Virus record (IMG/VR): IMGVR_UViG_3300044723_010423
Span: 1-53,582 of that record
Length of the DNA: 53,582 nt
Reading direction: 5' to 3' (one strand)
From: a virus
Lineage: Duplodnaviria; Caudoviricetes
Both the position numbers and the translations under genes were made by a program. The notes under the pieces are model-generated. The model had not been told where the DNA came from. It searched no databases and saw only the letters and a list, made by a program, of their open reading frames with translations. Positions 1-9,455 of the stretch are shown piece after piece. Every line of letters starts with the position of its first letter. The first letter of the stretch is position 1.

Positions 1-67
1 TTTTCATATCCCCTCATTGTTGAACATGAGCAAAATAAAGCCATAGATGTTATTAAAATTAAATATT

Positions 68-502
68 TCATGATGATTTGACTACTGAGCTGCCAAAATA
101 AAAACCCACTATAGCTGTCAAAGTCTGCCTTACTTCTGGTATCATTAAGTAGCCATCTACCCTAACAAAATAATTTTCTGTACCACCACCAAACAAACCA
201 AATAGAAATGATTTTTTAGTTTCAGTTATTTGAACATATAAAGGCTCATTTAATAGCGCCAAAAAGAAAGGCGCAATAATAACACCAAATAAAGTGGAAA
301 TCACTATTAATCTTCTTACCCATTTGCCGCCATCAACAGATACTCGCTTTACAGCAGCATTGTGCGCGTCTTCGTTAGCTTTTTGGGTTTGCATCGCCAT
401 TTTTAGCATTTCCGCTTTCTCCTTGGCTCTTTGAGCCATGAATTTAAAGACAAACCCAGAAAGATTTCCAAAAGCCATTGAAATTAATTCCGGTGGTACC
501 AT
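68..502 (-). CDS. Membrane protein, possibly holin-like
   Basis: Start moved to MVPPEL (502), just after a GTGTAATAT motif. Hydrophobic segments and a C-terminal IVGFYFGSS. Confidence 0.45.
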   Translation of the reverse strand: MVPPELISMAFGNLSGFVFKFMAQRAKEKAEMLKMAMQTQKANEDAHNAAVKRVSVDGGKWVRRLIVISTLFGVIIAPFFLALLNEPLYVQITETKKSFLFGLFGGGTENYFVRVDGYLMIPEVRQTLTAIVGFYFGSSVVKSS

Positions 503-547
503 ATAATATATTACACTAAAATAGAAAAAGCTGCCATTATTTTTATA

Positions 548-784
548 ATGACCATGACAAAAGAACAAGCAAAATTTATTCAAATAGTTATTGACAGTTA
601 CCCTGTATTGGACTATATGTATATAGCAAAGAGTTTTTACAAAAAATATGGATTAACTGATTACTGTAAAGGACCAGTAAAAATAAAAGATCCAAAAACA
701 AATAAAATAGAAGAAGTTTATAGCGCTGTAGAAGGAGAAAGCTTATACAGAAAAGCATTTCAAGTTATCAATAATGAAAGTTAA
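548..784 (+). CDS. Hypothetical protein
   Basis: 78-aa ORF overlapping the thyX start. Confidence 0.6.
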   Translation: MTMTKEQAKFIQIVIDSYPVLDYMYIAKSFYKKYGLTDYCKGPVKIKDPKTNKIEEVYSAVEGESLYRKAFQVINNES

Positions 785-1427
785 ATTAATATCAACTACG
801 CAACCAGCGTTACCTTTAAAAAGAAAAGGTATCAAAACTGCAGAAGATTTAATTGTTTATTGCGCTAGGGTTAGTAACCCTAGCAACCAATTAAATAGCG
901 AAACTGCGCCTAAATTACTTAAATATTTAATAAAACATAAACATTGGAGTCCATTTGAGATGGCTAATATGTGCGTTGAAATTAAAACTAGTAGAGCTAT
1001 CGCTGCACAAATCCTTAGACATAGAAGCTTTAGCTTCCAAGAATTTAGCCAAAGATATTCTGCAGCAACTCAATTAGAGCCTATAGAGTGGCGCGGACAA
1101 GGCAAAACTAATAGGCAAGTGGGCGATGAGCCTTTAAATATGGACTCAGAGGCTTTAGAAGCGATAACAGATTTAAATAATACAGCCTTACAAGTTTACG
1201 ATATATTGACTGAGCAAGGGGTAGCAAAAGAATGCGCTAGAATGATATTACCTTTAACAACTCAAACCACAATGTATATGTCAGGTTCTATTCGAAGTTG
1301 GCTACATTATGTTCAAGTGAGAGCTACCCAAGAAACACAAAAAGAACACAGAGAAATCGCTTATGTGATTAAGGGTATACTAATTAATTCATTTCCAAAT
1401 GTAGCAGAAGGGTTAGATTGGAAATAA
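774..1427 (+). CDS. thyX: Flavin-dependent thymidylate synthase
   Basis: HWSPFE, QILRHRSFSFQEFSQRY (RHRx7S motif), ARMILP, TQKEHR. Confidence 0.96.
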   Translation: MKVKLISTTQPALPLKRKGIKTAEDLIVYCARVSNPSNQLNSETAPKLLKYLIKHKHWSPFEMANMCVEIKTSRAIAAQILRHRSFSFQEFSQRYSAATQLEPIEWRGQGKTNRQVGDEPLNMDSEALEAITDLNNTALQVYDILTEQGVAKECARMILPLTTQTTMYMSGSIRSWLHYVQVRATQETQKEHREIAYVIKGILINSFPNVAEGLDWK

Positions 1428-1449
1428 TTAATATTGTTTAAATCAAAAT

Positions 1450-1521
1450 TTTGTGCGTTGCAGTAATTCAGATGGCCATTACTTAAATGTAATTCATGCT
1501 CTTATTGCTGCAGCGCATAAA
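1450..1521 (+). ncRNA. Orphan dual-guide hairpin unit, same family as the 9456-10049 array
   Basis: 18-bp outer stem with 3 G.U pairs enclosing TCA-gatggcc-ATTACTTAAATGTAAT-TCA-tgctctt-ATT. Confidence 0.75.
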
Positions 1522-1527
1522 TTAAAT

Positions 1528-1561
1528 TTGACAAGTTGATATCTTATGGTAAATTTAAGCA
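1528..1561 (+). promoter_or_regulatory. Sigma70-type promoter, leaderless
   Basis: TTGACA-N16-TAAATT-N6-ATG(1562). Confidence 0.7.
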
Positions 1562-2656
1562 ATGAATTACGGATTAGTTTGCATATCTGAAATACTAAAA
1601 GCTCAAGATAAAAGTTTAGCTTTTAAAAAAATCACTAGGAAACGATTCTCAGAATTAGAAAATAGCGAGCTGGGGTCAGGTTTAAAAGTCCTTGAAGAGA
1701 GGATATTGCATAACCTGCAGTTAACAGAAAAAATTATACGTCATTGCGCTAAAAACTCTATATCACACTATAGGCTTTCTAGCGCTTTATTTCCGTTAAT
1801 TACTGATCCCACGCTTAAATTGCAGTTGCAAAAATTGTCTAATTATAAAGATATCCGTAATCAATGTGAAGTAATAGGCAATGTCGCTAAAGATCTAAAC
1901 ATTAGTTTATCTATTCATCCTGATCAATTTAATGTTTTAGCTTCTGAAAAACCTTCTGTGGTACAAAAAACAATAAATGAATTAAATTTTCACGCCAAGG
2001 TTTTAGATATGATGGGCCTACCTCAAGACTATTCTGTTCCAATTAATATTCATCCCAGCTTAAGCGTTAAAAACGAAACAGAAGAAGATTTTAGAAAATT
2101 AGTAGATAGATTTTATGATGCTTTCTCCAAATGCGATACCGGAGTACGAAACAGGCTCGTCATTGAAAATGAGGATAAAGGAAGCTGGAACTGCGCTAAT
2201 CTTTTTATGTATTTTTATAATTATTGTGGCACTAAGCATAATCATTTCTTTCCTCTTACTTATGATAATCTTCATGATCATTGTAACCCATCTATTTTCC
2301 AAAATAATCAAATCACTATTCAGCAAAATATAGGGGCTTTTTCTCAGACTTGGCCAGAGTCTTTTGTCCCAGTTTTTCATTGGAGTTGGGGATGTAAAGA
2401 TAAAAAACGCAGCCATGCAGATTACGCGGAAAAGTTACCTGTTGAACATGATAGGCAACTCAAATGGGAAGTAGAAGTTAAAGCTAAAGATAAAGCTATA
2501 TTCAAAATGCTTGGCCAAAAAGTTGAGTTACCCATAAAACAAAAAGAGCAAAAAAAACCTAAACCTAAAGCTATAAAAAAAATTGAAAAAACTTCTTCTC
2601 CTACTATTATACATCATAAGGAAACTAAGAACCCTTTTAATCAATTATACCAATGA
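1562..2656 (+). CDS. uvsE: UV-damage endonuclease (UvdE/UvsE family)
   Basis: YRLSS, SIHPDQFNVLAS, INIH, RLVIENED, YDNLHD, HADY, EVEVKAKD. Confidence 0.9.
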   Translation: MNYGLVCISEILKAQDKSLAFKKITRKRFSELENSELGSGLKVLEERILHNLQLTEKIIRHCAKNSISHYRLSSALFPLITDPTLKLQLQKLSNYKDIRNQCEVIGNVAKDLNISLSIHPDQFNVLASEKPSVVQKTINELNFHAKVLDMMGLPQDYSVPINIHPSLSVKNETEEDFRKLVDRFYDAFSKCDTGVRNRLVIENEDKGSWNCANLFMYFYNYCGTKHNHFFPLTYDNLHDHCNPSIFQNNQITIQQNIGAFSQTWPESFVPVFHWSWGCKDKKRSHADYAEKLPVEHDRQLKWEVEVKAKDKAIFKMLGQKVELPIKQKEQKKPKPKAIKKIEKTSSPTIIHHKETKNPFNQLYQ

Positions 2657-3078
2657 TACAGCAGAAACCTGAAAAATTAGATCAAACTTGGTTTTTAGAT
2701 ATTGACGGCACAATCTTTAAAAACAAATCAAACTTGGAACTTGATAGGATAATTAAAAAAGATAAATATAAAAGCTATTTGAGCGAAGAACTTCTAGAAG
2801 GGGTCAAAGCATGGTTTGAAAAACTTTCTCCTAAAGATATTATTGTATTTGTTACAGCTAGAGAAAAAAGACATAGTGCTCATACAGAAAAAGCTTTAAG
2901 AAAATTTGGCATAAAATACAAACAAATTATTTACGGCATCAACGCTGGCCCAAGGGTTTTAATTAATGATATTAAACCTGCTGACTCAAATTCTATGAAT
3001 AGAGATATAGAAACGGCGTTTTCTCTCAATCTAAAGAGAGACGCAGGATTTAATAAAGTGCCCGTTTGTTTTTTATGA
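2653..3078 (+). CDS. HAD-superfamily phosphatase
   Basis: FLDIDGT motif I, VTAR motif II, LINDIKP. Confidence 0.75.
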   Translation: MIQQKPEKLDQTWFLDIDGTIFKNKSNLELDRIIKKDKYKSYLSEELLEGVKAWFEKLSPKDIIVFVTAREKRHSAHTEKALRKFGIKYKQIIYGINAGPRVLINDIKPADSNSMNRDIETAFSLNLKRDAGFNKVPVCFL

Positions 3079-3674
3079 TTTTAGAAAAGTTTTCTTTTAT
3101 TTTAGATGATGTTTTAGACAAGCAGTATTTTAAAAAGATACAAGAGGCTTCTAGAAATACAACTTTTAAAACTATTGAAAGCGAAGGAAGGCAGTTCCAT
3201 GTAGCTTACCCTCCAGAAGATTTATCTTTAAAAATCCAAAAAGCTATCGAGGAAGTTTGCAATTGCAAAATACAAGTTGTCAATTCTTTTCTTAGAATGT
3301 ATACTCAGTTTCTTAATAATAACTGGGGCATACATGCGGATAGGAATGTATTAAGCGAAACACAACCCTCTCACGGAGCAGTTTTTTTTCTATCAGAAAA
3401 TTTAGGGGATATAAATGGCACAGCTTTTTGGTCTCATGAAAAACATAAATTGAGTTTGCCGGGAATTACTGATAACGAAGCTCATGAATTTACGAGCAGA
3501 TCTTATAACAATGAAAACGAATGGGAAGTGAATTCTATCATAGGGGGAGTAGAAAACAGGTTAATTAGTTACCCTTCTAATTATTTTCATTCTAAGTTCC
3601 CTAAACAAGCTTGGGGCACAAGCCAAAAAGATTGTAGATTAATATTAGCAATGTTTTACAATTTAAAAAGTTAA
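3075..3674 (+). CDS. Putative 2OG-Fe(II) oxygenase-like protein
   Basis: IHAD (HxD), GTAFW, NRLISYPSNYFHS, distal R. ATGA overlap with the previous gene. Confidence 0.6.
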   Translation: MILEKFSFILDDVLDKQYFKKIQEASRNTTFKTIESEGRQFHVAYPPEDLSLKIQKAIEEVCNCKIQVVNSFLRMYTQFLNNNWGIHADRNVLSETQPSHGAVFFLSENLGDINGTAFWSHEKHKLSLPGITDNEAHEFTSRSYNNENEWEVNSIIGGVENRLISYPSNYFHSKFPKQAWGTSQKDCRLILAMFYNLKS

Positions 3675-3734
3675 CCTTTAAAGTTATCGTTTGATATTTT
3701 CTTTTTAATCTTTATAATGTGTAAAGTATAGTAT

Positions 3735-4325
3735 ATGGGCAATATCGCTGATAATTTTAAGGGCCTACCAATAGAAGACTTAATTGTTTCCCCCCTTGTT
3801 GGTATGGCGAAAGGACAGGCAAAACTTAATGATATAACTTGGAAGTATATCAAGGAAGTAGCATTCGACGAAAAAGGGAATACGAATGCAATCGACGTTA
3901 ATATCCTTCGTTACGTAAAACCGTCTGATGGAGGAACTCCTGAAGCTCAAACTTTAAAAGCTAAAGTTCCCATGCTTCCTTTGGTACCTCTTCCAGCTTT
4001 AGCAATTAAAACTGCAGACATTGAATTTTCAATGGAAGTTCAGCAGTCGGAAAAAAGTGAAGATGATCACTCTACAGAAGTTGACTCAAGCGTTAACGCA
4101 AGCTACAAATCTTTCTGGGGCTTAAAAGTTAGCGCAAGTGTTAGCGGCAAAGTGTCTTCAAAATCAACTAATACTCGTAGTACAGATAACAGCGCTAAAT
4201 ATGACGTTAAAGTACATGCAGAGCAATTGCCTCCTACGGAGGGTATGCTTAAACTGTCAGATGCGTTAAACATGATGCTAGACCCAGTTGTCTTGAATGA
4301 TGATAGTGGCGGCAAAAGTCAATAA
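3735..4325 (+). CDS. DUF2589-like protein
   Basis: GLPIEDLIVSPL, VPMLPLVPLPALAI, NTRSTDNSAKYDVKVHA, PEG-type C-terminal motif. Confidence 0.7.
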   Translation: MGNIADNFKGLPIEDLIVSPLVGMAKGQAKLNDITWKYIKEVAFDEKGNTNAIDVNILRYVKPSDGGTPEAQTLKAKVPMLPLVPLPALAIKTADIEFSMEVQQSEKSEDDHSTEVDSSVNASYKSFWGLKVSASVSGKVSSKSTNTRSTDNSAKYDVKVHAEQLPPTEGMLKLSDALNMMLDPVVLNDDSGGKSQ

Positions 4326-4330
4326 ATATA

Positions 4331-4750
4331 ATGTCAAGTAAATTAGACTTACAACAATTAATATCTTCTTTAAATAAAGCTGTATCAACATCTTTAGATT
4401 TTTTAGAAAAACAACATGTAGATAATTTACTTAAATATTTCGATAAGTATGGGAACCCCATTACCTCTGATTTTAAAGTTGGAGACGAGGTGATGAGGGT
4501 TCCTCTTTTTTGTTTATCGAACCATCAATCATTAAGCTTAAAAGAAATAGAATTAGATTTTTCTGTTTCTTTAGCTGATACAGAAGACCTTGAATCCACG
4601 GAAAATAAAGGTATTAAAATTGATTTACATCATGTAGAAAAAAGAAGAAAAATGAATGTTAAAATCAAAATGGAGAACGAAGGCACACCTGAAGCAGTAA
4701 ATAGGCTTAATGACGAATTAATTCAAAAAATACAACATCTTAAAAAATGA
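4331..4750 (+). CDS. Second DUF2589-like protein
   Basis: VPLFCLSNHQSLSLKEIELDF and PEAVNRL parallel the upstream paralogue. Confidence 0.6.
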   Translation: MSSKLDLQQLISSLNKAVSTSLDFLEKQHVDNLLKYFDKYGNPITSDFKVGDEVMRVPLFCLSNHQSLSLKEIELDFSVSLADTEDLESTENKGIKIDLHHVEKRRKMNVKIKMENEGTPEAVNRLNDELIQKIQHLKK

Positions 4751-4944
4751 TTGGTGGCGGTTTCGTTTGCCCTTCCTGCAGAACTCCTTTAGGTATTGAT
4801 TTAGGTTTTATTATAGAGAATCCTGTTTCCCAATGCCCATCTTGTGAAGCTATTATGAGTTTTGAGTATAATGAAAAAATTGCAAAAGAATATAGAAAAA
4901 CCTTAAAAGAAATAGAGAATATTAAAAGTAGTTTCTCTGTATGA
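4747..4944 (+). CDS. Small zinc-ribbon protein
   Basis: Two CPSC motifs; ATGA-coupled on both sides. Confidence 0.65.
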   Translation: MIGGGFVCPSCRTPLGIDLGFIIENPVSQCPSCEAIMSFEYNEKIAKEYRKTLKEIENIKSSFSV

Positions 4945-5357
4945 AAATAGCAATAATAAGTGGCGGTTTTGACCCTATACATGTAGGTCATATTGAATTA
5001 ATGGAAAAAGCTAAAAGTATAGCTGACTCTTTGGTAGTAATAGTTAATGATGATGATTTTTTAACTAGAAAAAAAGGTAAACCTTTTATGCCTTTAAAAG
5101 AAAGAATTAAAATTGTTCGATCTATTAAATATGTGGATATGGCAATTAAATCTGTAGATAAAGACCAAACTGTTTGTGAAACTTTAAAAGGCTTAGCTTC
5201 ATGTAAAACCTCTAATGAAAAACTTTTATTCTGTAACGGCGGGGACAGAACTTCTGGCGAAAATACCCCAGAGCATAAACTATGTTTAGAGTTAGGTATA
5301 GAGCCAGTTTACGGATTAGGGGACAAAATACAAAGTAGTAGTTGGCTGACAAAATAA
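4941..5357 (+). CDS. Cytidylyltransferase-like protein (TagD/RfaE family)
   Basis: SGGFDPIHVGH (HIGH), ERIKIV, NGGDR, KIQSSS. Confidence 0.88.
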   Translation: MKIAIISGGFDPIHVGHIELMEKAKSIADSLVVIVNDDDFLTRKKGKPFMPLKERIKIVRSIKYVDMAIKSVDKDQTVCETLKGLASCKTSNEKLLFCNGGDRTSGENTPEHKLCLELGIEPVYGLGDKIQSSSWLTK

Positions 5358-5396
5358 AAATATTATGATATCCCTATAGTTTATCGAGGCGTTCTA

Positions 5397-5888
5397 CTAA
5401 TATACGTAAGAGTAAGTTCCAGATCCTACATATAACCCGTCTTCTCCAGCTACCTGAACAGGTTCTGCTTGATACATATTGTAAGCGGTAACAAGTTTCT
5501 CTAATTCTTCGTTAGCATCATTAGCTAAACCTCTGTATGTTTTAGCTATTTCATTTTTATTTGTGCGGGTGATAGTGGAATCTCCTTCTCTTAACGTTAT
5601 AAAATCAGCAGAAGAGTCTATGCCACGAAGAACTTGTCGAGTTTTTTTGGTGTAAAACTCGTATAAATACATCTGTTTATAAACGGATCTTTCTTCTTGT
5701 TTAAAGCTTCCTGTAGGGGTAAAATTGCTGCCGCTTACCTCAAAGCTAGTAAACAATCTATTATTAAGCATACCTATGTTATTAGCTAGCCATCCACTAA
5801 TATAATAAAATTCTGCATAACCACTGTCATACTCAAATTCGTTAGCAAATATTTCATCTGCTAAATTATGTACACTATATGATACCAT
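5397..5888 (-). CDS. Hypothetical protein, probably virion head-tail region
   Basis: 163-aa ORF in a structural cluster, preceded by the GTGTA motif. Confidence 0.5.
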   Translation of the reverse strand: MVSYSVHNLADEIFANEFEYDSGYAEFYYISGWLANNIGMLNNRLFTSFEVSGSNFTPTGSFKQEERSVYKQMYLYEFYTKKTRQVLRGIDSSADFITLREGDSTITRTNKNEIAKTYRGLANDANEELEKLVTAYNMYQAEPVQVAGEDGLYVGSGTYSYVY

Positions 5889-5902
5889 ACTCTATATATA
5901 CA

Positions 5903-7258
5903 CTATTTATGACGTTTTATCATTCTTTTAAGCTTTTGAATTTCTTTTTGTTGAGACTGCACAACTTTTGTTAAAGCTGATACAATCTGCAAAGCCGATA
6001 GACCTTTTCTATCATCAGTAGCAACTAAATCTGGGACATCTTCAGCAATAAATCCTATTTTTTTATTTTTTGGATCTTTTTTATAAGCAAATTTAACAGG
6101 GTTTAGTTGTTTAATAATATTTAGAGATTCTCTATAGTCTAAATCTTTTATATCCTGTTTTAATTCTCTTGTGGAAGCATCGGTCCATGTACCTCCTGAA
6201 CTTAAACTAGCTCCTGTAGATGAACTTATAGATCCGTTAGCAGCTATAGCAAACGTATTTGTACCAGCGACCTTAAATTGAGTTGATGCTCCTGTCGGGG
6301 CATTAAAATTAAGGTTTCCACCTACCATATTGATATAAGCAGTATCAGTATTTGTGCTTCGGATTAAGGCTATACCACTATTAAAACTTGAGTCTTGAAG
6401 ATCTCTTATTGTTAATCTGATGGTAGGTTGAGTTTCTCCTCCAGTTCCTAATTGTCCTATACTTATAGCACCTCCAACATCCACTTGAGCAGTATTTTGC
6501 CAAATTTTAACTTTTTCATAACTGGTCCTTTGGGTTCCTGATCTGTTACGTATAGTTATATTCCTTAAACTGTTAGCGTAATAACCAGAATTAAAAGTAA
6601 ACGCATTGTCAATACCATCATGAGAGAAATTATACTCAGCGTAAGGCTCTAGATCAGCCCAAATAATAGTATTTCCATTAGGGTAGGTTTGTTGAATTGC
6701 TATTGCTGACTGTTGTGTTCCCGTACCTGTCGAAGACACTAGTAAAGCGGCATAATTCGCTGAATTATTACCAGCAATACCGGCACTAATCATACCGTTA
6801 ACATCAAGTTTCGAGCTTGGGCTTGCTGTACCTATACCAATATTAGAGCCATTGTCATAAAGTATAGAATTACCTATAACTTCCCCCGCTCCATTTGTCC
6901 ATTTTGTAAGATAATTTGTTGTAGCAGTACTAGATGTAACAGTACCTGAGCCTCCTCCTCCACTTTGATCTACCCATTGAGTGTTATAATCAGTGCTGTC
7001 TATTTTAGCTAATACTTGGTTAGCTGTACCTCCTGCAATCACTCCTTCTCCTGATGGACCTGATGGACCTGATGGACCTGATGGGCCTGATGGGCCTGAT
7101 GGACCTCCCGAAGGCCCTTGTGGGCCTGATGGACCTGATGGGCCTGATGGTCCTGATGGTCCTGATGGCCCTGATGGTCCCGGTGGACCAATTTCTTTAT
7201 TCGTTACTGAAATAGCCTTAGGTGTAGTTAGATTTACGTTTATTGTATTTTCGGACAT
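5903..7258 (-). CDS. Tail fibre with collagen-like repeats and C-terminal S74-type chaperone
   Basis: (GPS)n, [27 protein letters not shown]...IGFIAEDV, terminal coiled coil. Confidence 0.85.
   Translation of the reverse strand: MSENTINVNLTTPKAISVTNKEIGPPGPSGPSGPSGPSGPSGPSGPQGPSGGPSGPSGPSGPSGPSGPSGEGVIAGGTANQVLAKIDSTDYNTQWVDQSGGGGSGTVTSSTATTNYLTKWTNGAGEVIGNSILYDNGSNIGIGTASPSSKLDVNGMISAGIAGNNSANYAALLVSSTGTGTQQSAIAIQQTYPNGNTIIWADLEPYAEYNFSHDGIDNAFTFNSGYYANSLRNITIRNRSGTQRTSYEKVKIWQNTAQVDVGGAISIGQLGTGGETQPTIRLTIRDLQDSSFNSGIALIRSTNTDTAYINMVGGNLNFNAPTGASTQFKVAGTNTFAIAANGSISSSTGASLSSGGTWTDASTRELKQDIKDLDYRESLNIIKQLNPVKFAYKKDPKNKKIGFIAEDVPDLVATDDRKGLSALQIVSALTKVVQSQQKEIQKLKRMIKRHK
7049..7189 (-). repeat. 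9-bp tandem repeat encoding Gly-Pro-Ser
   Basis: (CCTGATGGN)n on the + strand. Confidence 0.9.
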
Positions 7259-7263
7259 ATGTT

Positions 7264-7593
7264 TTATAAATGTGTTACATCAGGGGTTACGTCTAATCTG
7301 AATTCAAAAAGAGTCTGATCTTTTATACCTGTGGAATAAAAATGCACATCTCCATACAAGTTTATAGGGGGAAAATTTTTAGTTTCGTTAGCAGGGATAT
7401 CAAATGCTATAGAACCGCTATATTGTTCAGCATAAAGTATAGTCGGTACAAATTGGTATAGCAAGTCTCCATCAGGATGAGCCCTTATTTGACCTGTGCA
7501 TTCTAAATTAGTAAAATCGTCTACATCTGATGTGAGATTTACAGTGTAAGTGCCCATAAAATCTCCTCTTGTTGCTGTTAGTTGAGTTGCCAC
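7264..7593 (-). CDS. Putative baseplate/fibre attachment protein
   Basis: GTG start after GTGTAATAT; beta-rich with RGD...GQIR...DVT pattern; directly upstream of the fibre gene. Confidence 0.5.
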   Translation of the reverse strand: MATQLTATRGDFMGTYTVNLTSDVDDFTNLECTGQIRAHPDGDLLYQFVPTILYAEQYSGSIAFDIPANETKNFPPINLYGDVHFYSTGIKDQTLFEFRLDVTPDVTHL

Positions 7594-7685
7594 TTAATAT
7601 ATTACACAATTAACTAGTAAAATCTTAAAATAATTATTCGATAAAATATCATTTTTACTTAGTATAACTGTATATTTTCATTAAG

Positions 7686-7853
7686 ATGAGCAACTTACGT
7701 CAAATCTGGGAAAAACTTAACACCCCTAAACCAAAGTGGGAAGAGTTTGAAAAAATAGCTGGACATTCTTTAGTAGAATACGAAACAATAGTCGCGGCTT
7801 GGAGGGATCAAAAAAGAAAAGAAAACTTTAAATACAATATTAAAAATGAATAA
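7686..7853 (+). CDS. Small hypothetical protein (not in ORF track)
   Basis: 55 aa, MSNLRQIWEK...NIKNE, overlapping the next start. Confidence 0.5.
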   Translation: MSNLRQIWEKLNTPKPKWEEFEKIAGHSLVEYETIVAAWRDQKRKENFKYNIKNE

Positions 7854-8106
7854 ATCTACAGAAATAATAAAAGAAGAGCTTTCATATATAAATGAGCAAG
7901 CTTTATTCGCTGATGGTTTTGATGAAGCTTTAGTGGGTATAGATCAATCGGATTATGTCGCCGTATACGATGCTGATAAATGTATTGATATTTTAATGCA
8001 AACGTCCGGTATGAACCAAGAAGATGCTGCTGAATATTTTGATTTCAATATTCTTGGATCTTACATGGGAGAGTACACCCCTAGATTCATAAAAGTATAT
8101 GAATGA
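7846..8106 (+). CDS. Phage hypothetical protein
   Basis: FADGFDEALVG...AEYFDFNILGSYMGEYTP; resembles 15340-15573. Confidence 0.7.
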   Translation: MNKSTEIIKEELSYINEQALFADGFDEALVGIDQSDYVAVYDADKCIDILMQTSGMNQEDAAEYFDFNILGSYMGEYTPRFIKVYE

Positions 8107-8143
8107 CAGCTAAATAAAAAAAACTTTTAACAAAAAAAACTAT

Positions 8144-8170
8144 GTAAACCCTTGATATTCAAGGGTTTTT
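8144..8170. repeat. 27-bp palindromic site
   Basis: AAACCCTTGA-TAT-TCAAGGGTTT; same family as the 19.2-28 kb sites. Confidence 0.65.
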
Positions 8171-8291
8171 CTCTGCGATGACCCTATAGGGTTTTTTTTA
8201 AGTAGAAAAAAAATAACTAAGCTATATTATAGGTATATAAATTGATCAAAACGGTCAATAAAACAAAACAAAACAAAAAAAAATTAGTAAA

Positions 8292-9452
8292 ATGAAAAAA
8301 AAACCATTGCATACCATTGAGTCATTGAATACTAAAAATAAAGTTTTTACTTTAGATTTTGGTAAAAAAAGAACAACCTTATATGATGGAGAAAGGGTTA
8401 TCGGGAGTACTGTTGAACAAATTTTAACATTACCTCAATTATTAAAATCAGGCTCTATAATTATTGTTGAAGATGCTCATATGGGGGTCCCTCGTACAGA
8501 AAAGTCTTTAGCTCAGCCATACACAAAGAAAGAGTTACGTAAATTTTATTCTGATTGTGAAGAGAATGGTATAGAGTTAAGACTTTTTCCTCAACAATCG
8601 TCTCCAAGAGCTGCTGCTTACTCAAATCTTAAAAAGGACGACGATCAAGACCCTATTGCTATTTACAATCTTTGCCGAGATTACCCAAATATCAGCTTAA
8701 AAAAGCCCGATTCTTCTTTTGAGTACTCTTTGAAGGCTAAGGAGGGATTGCTTAGAAAACGTCAGCTAAATAAAATGCTGAATTTTGCCAGAAGAACCGA
8801 TTATTTAAACCCAAATGATCAAAATACACAATGGATAAATGAAAATGCTAACTATATATATAATGAATTATCTGATGTAGGAAGATGTGTATTTGGGTTT
8901 TTTAACGAACAAGCTAGATTTAAAAGGCCAAATAAAAACAGAAATATTAAAAAAGGCGATTTAAACGTTAGACATATTAAAGTTAATTTTATTTATACGG
9001 TTTTAGCCTCTATGAGGGGAACATTGGTTAGCGAGGGTGATGAACAGTTTTCTGTTGACGATTCGGTTTTTTTGCGAAAAGGGACGGGTAGGTTGCCAAG
9101 TTGGTCTTTTACTCAAAGATATGTTTTTCATATGAGTCCGCATCATCTTAAAGGCGGTGTTGCACGAAGCAACCTATATCATCATGGTGCAAAAAAATGG
9201 ATTAAAGAAAGAGTTTTGGAAGAAGGTTATGATATACATAAAAAGAAAAGAGGTGAAATGTCGAGACAAGAAGAAAAAGTTTTCTTGAAATATAGAAGAC
9301 TATATAGTAATGCAATAAAAGAGTTGTACAATATAATTAAAAAACAACTTGAAAATCAGCATACAAATGCATATAATAACCAAAAACAAAACAAGCTAAT
9401 TGCTCAACCATTATGCGATTCAATAAATGAATACCAACCTAGCTTGATCTAA
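8292..9452 (+). CDS. IS110/RuvC-fold protein; candidate TasR-like RNA-guided effector
   Basis: FTLDFGKK (D), IIVEDAH (E), KKDDDQDPIAI (KxDxxD-like), then a helical segment and a basic C-terminal domain. Stop codon lies 4 nt before the array. Confidence 0.65.
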   Translation: MKKKPLHTIESLNTKNKVFTLDFGKKRTTLYDGERVIGSTVEQILTLPQLLKSGSIIIVEDAHMGVPRTEKSLAQPYTKKELRKFYSDCEENGIELRLFPQQSSPRAAAYSNLKKDDDQDPIAIYNLCRDYPNISLKKPDSSFEYSLKAKEGLLRKRQLNKMLNFARRTDYLNPNDQNTQWINENANYIYNELSDVGRCVFGFFNEQARFKRPNKNRNIKKGDLNVRHIKVNFIYTVLASMRGTLVSEGDEQFSVDDSVFLRKGTGRLPSWSFTQRYVFHMSPHHLKGGVARSNLYHHGAKKWIKERVLEEGYDIHKKKRGEMSRQEEKVFLKYRRLYSNAIKELYNIIKKQLENQHTNAYNNQKQNKLIAQPLCDSINEYQPSLI

Positions 9453-9455
9453 TAC

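Noticed and set aside
6993-7301. Plus-strand (GPD)n ORF
   Set aside because: Antisense shadow of the collagen repeat in the fibre gene.
8292-9452. Ordinary IS110 insertion sequence
   Set aside because: I could not see the C-terminal catalytic-serine motif or element ends, and there are many downstream guide-like units rather than one bridge RNA. Not fully excluded without a structure search.
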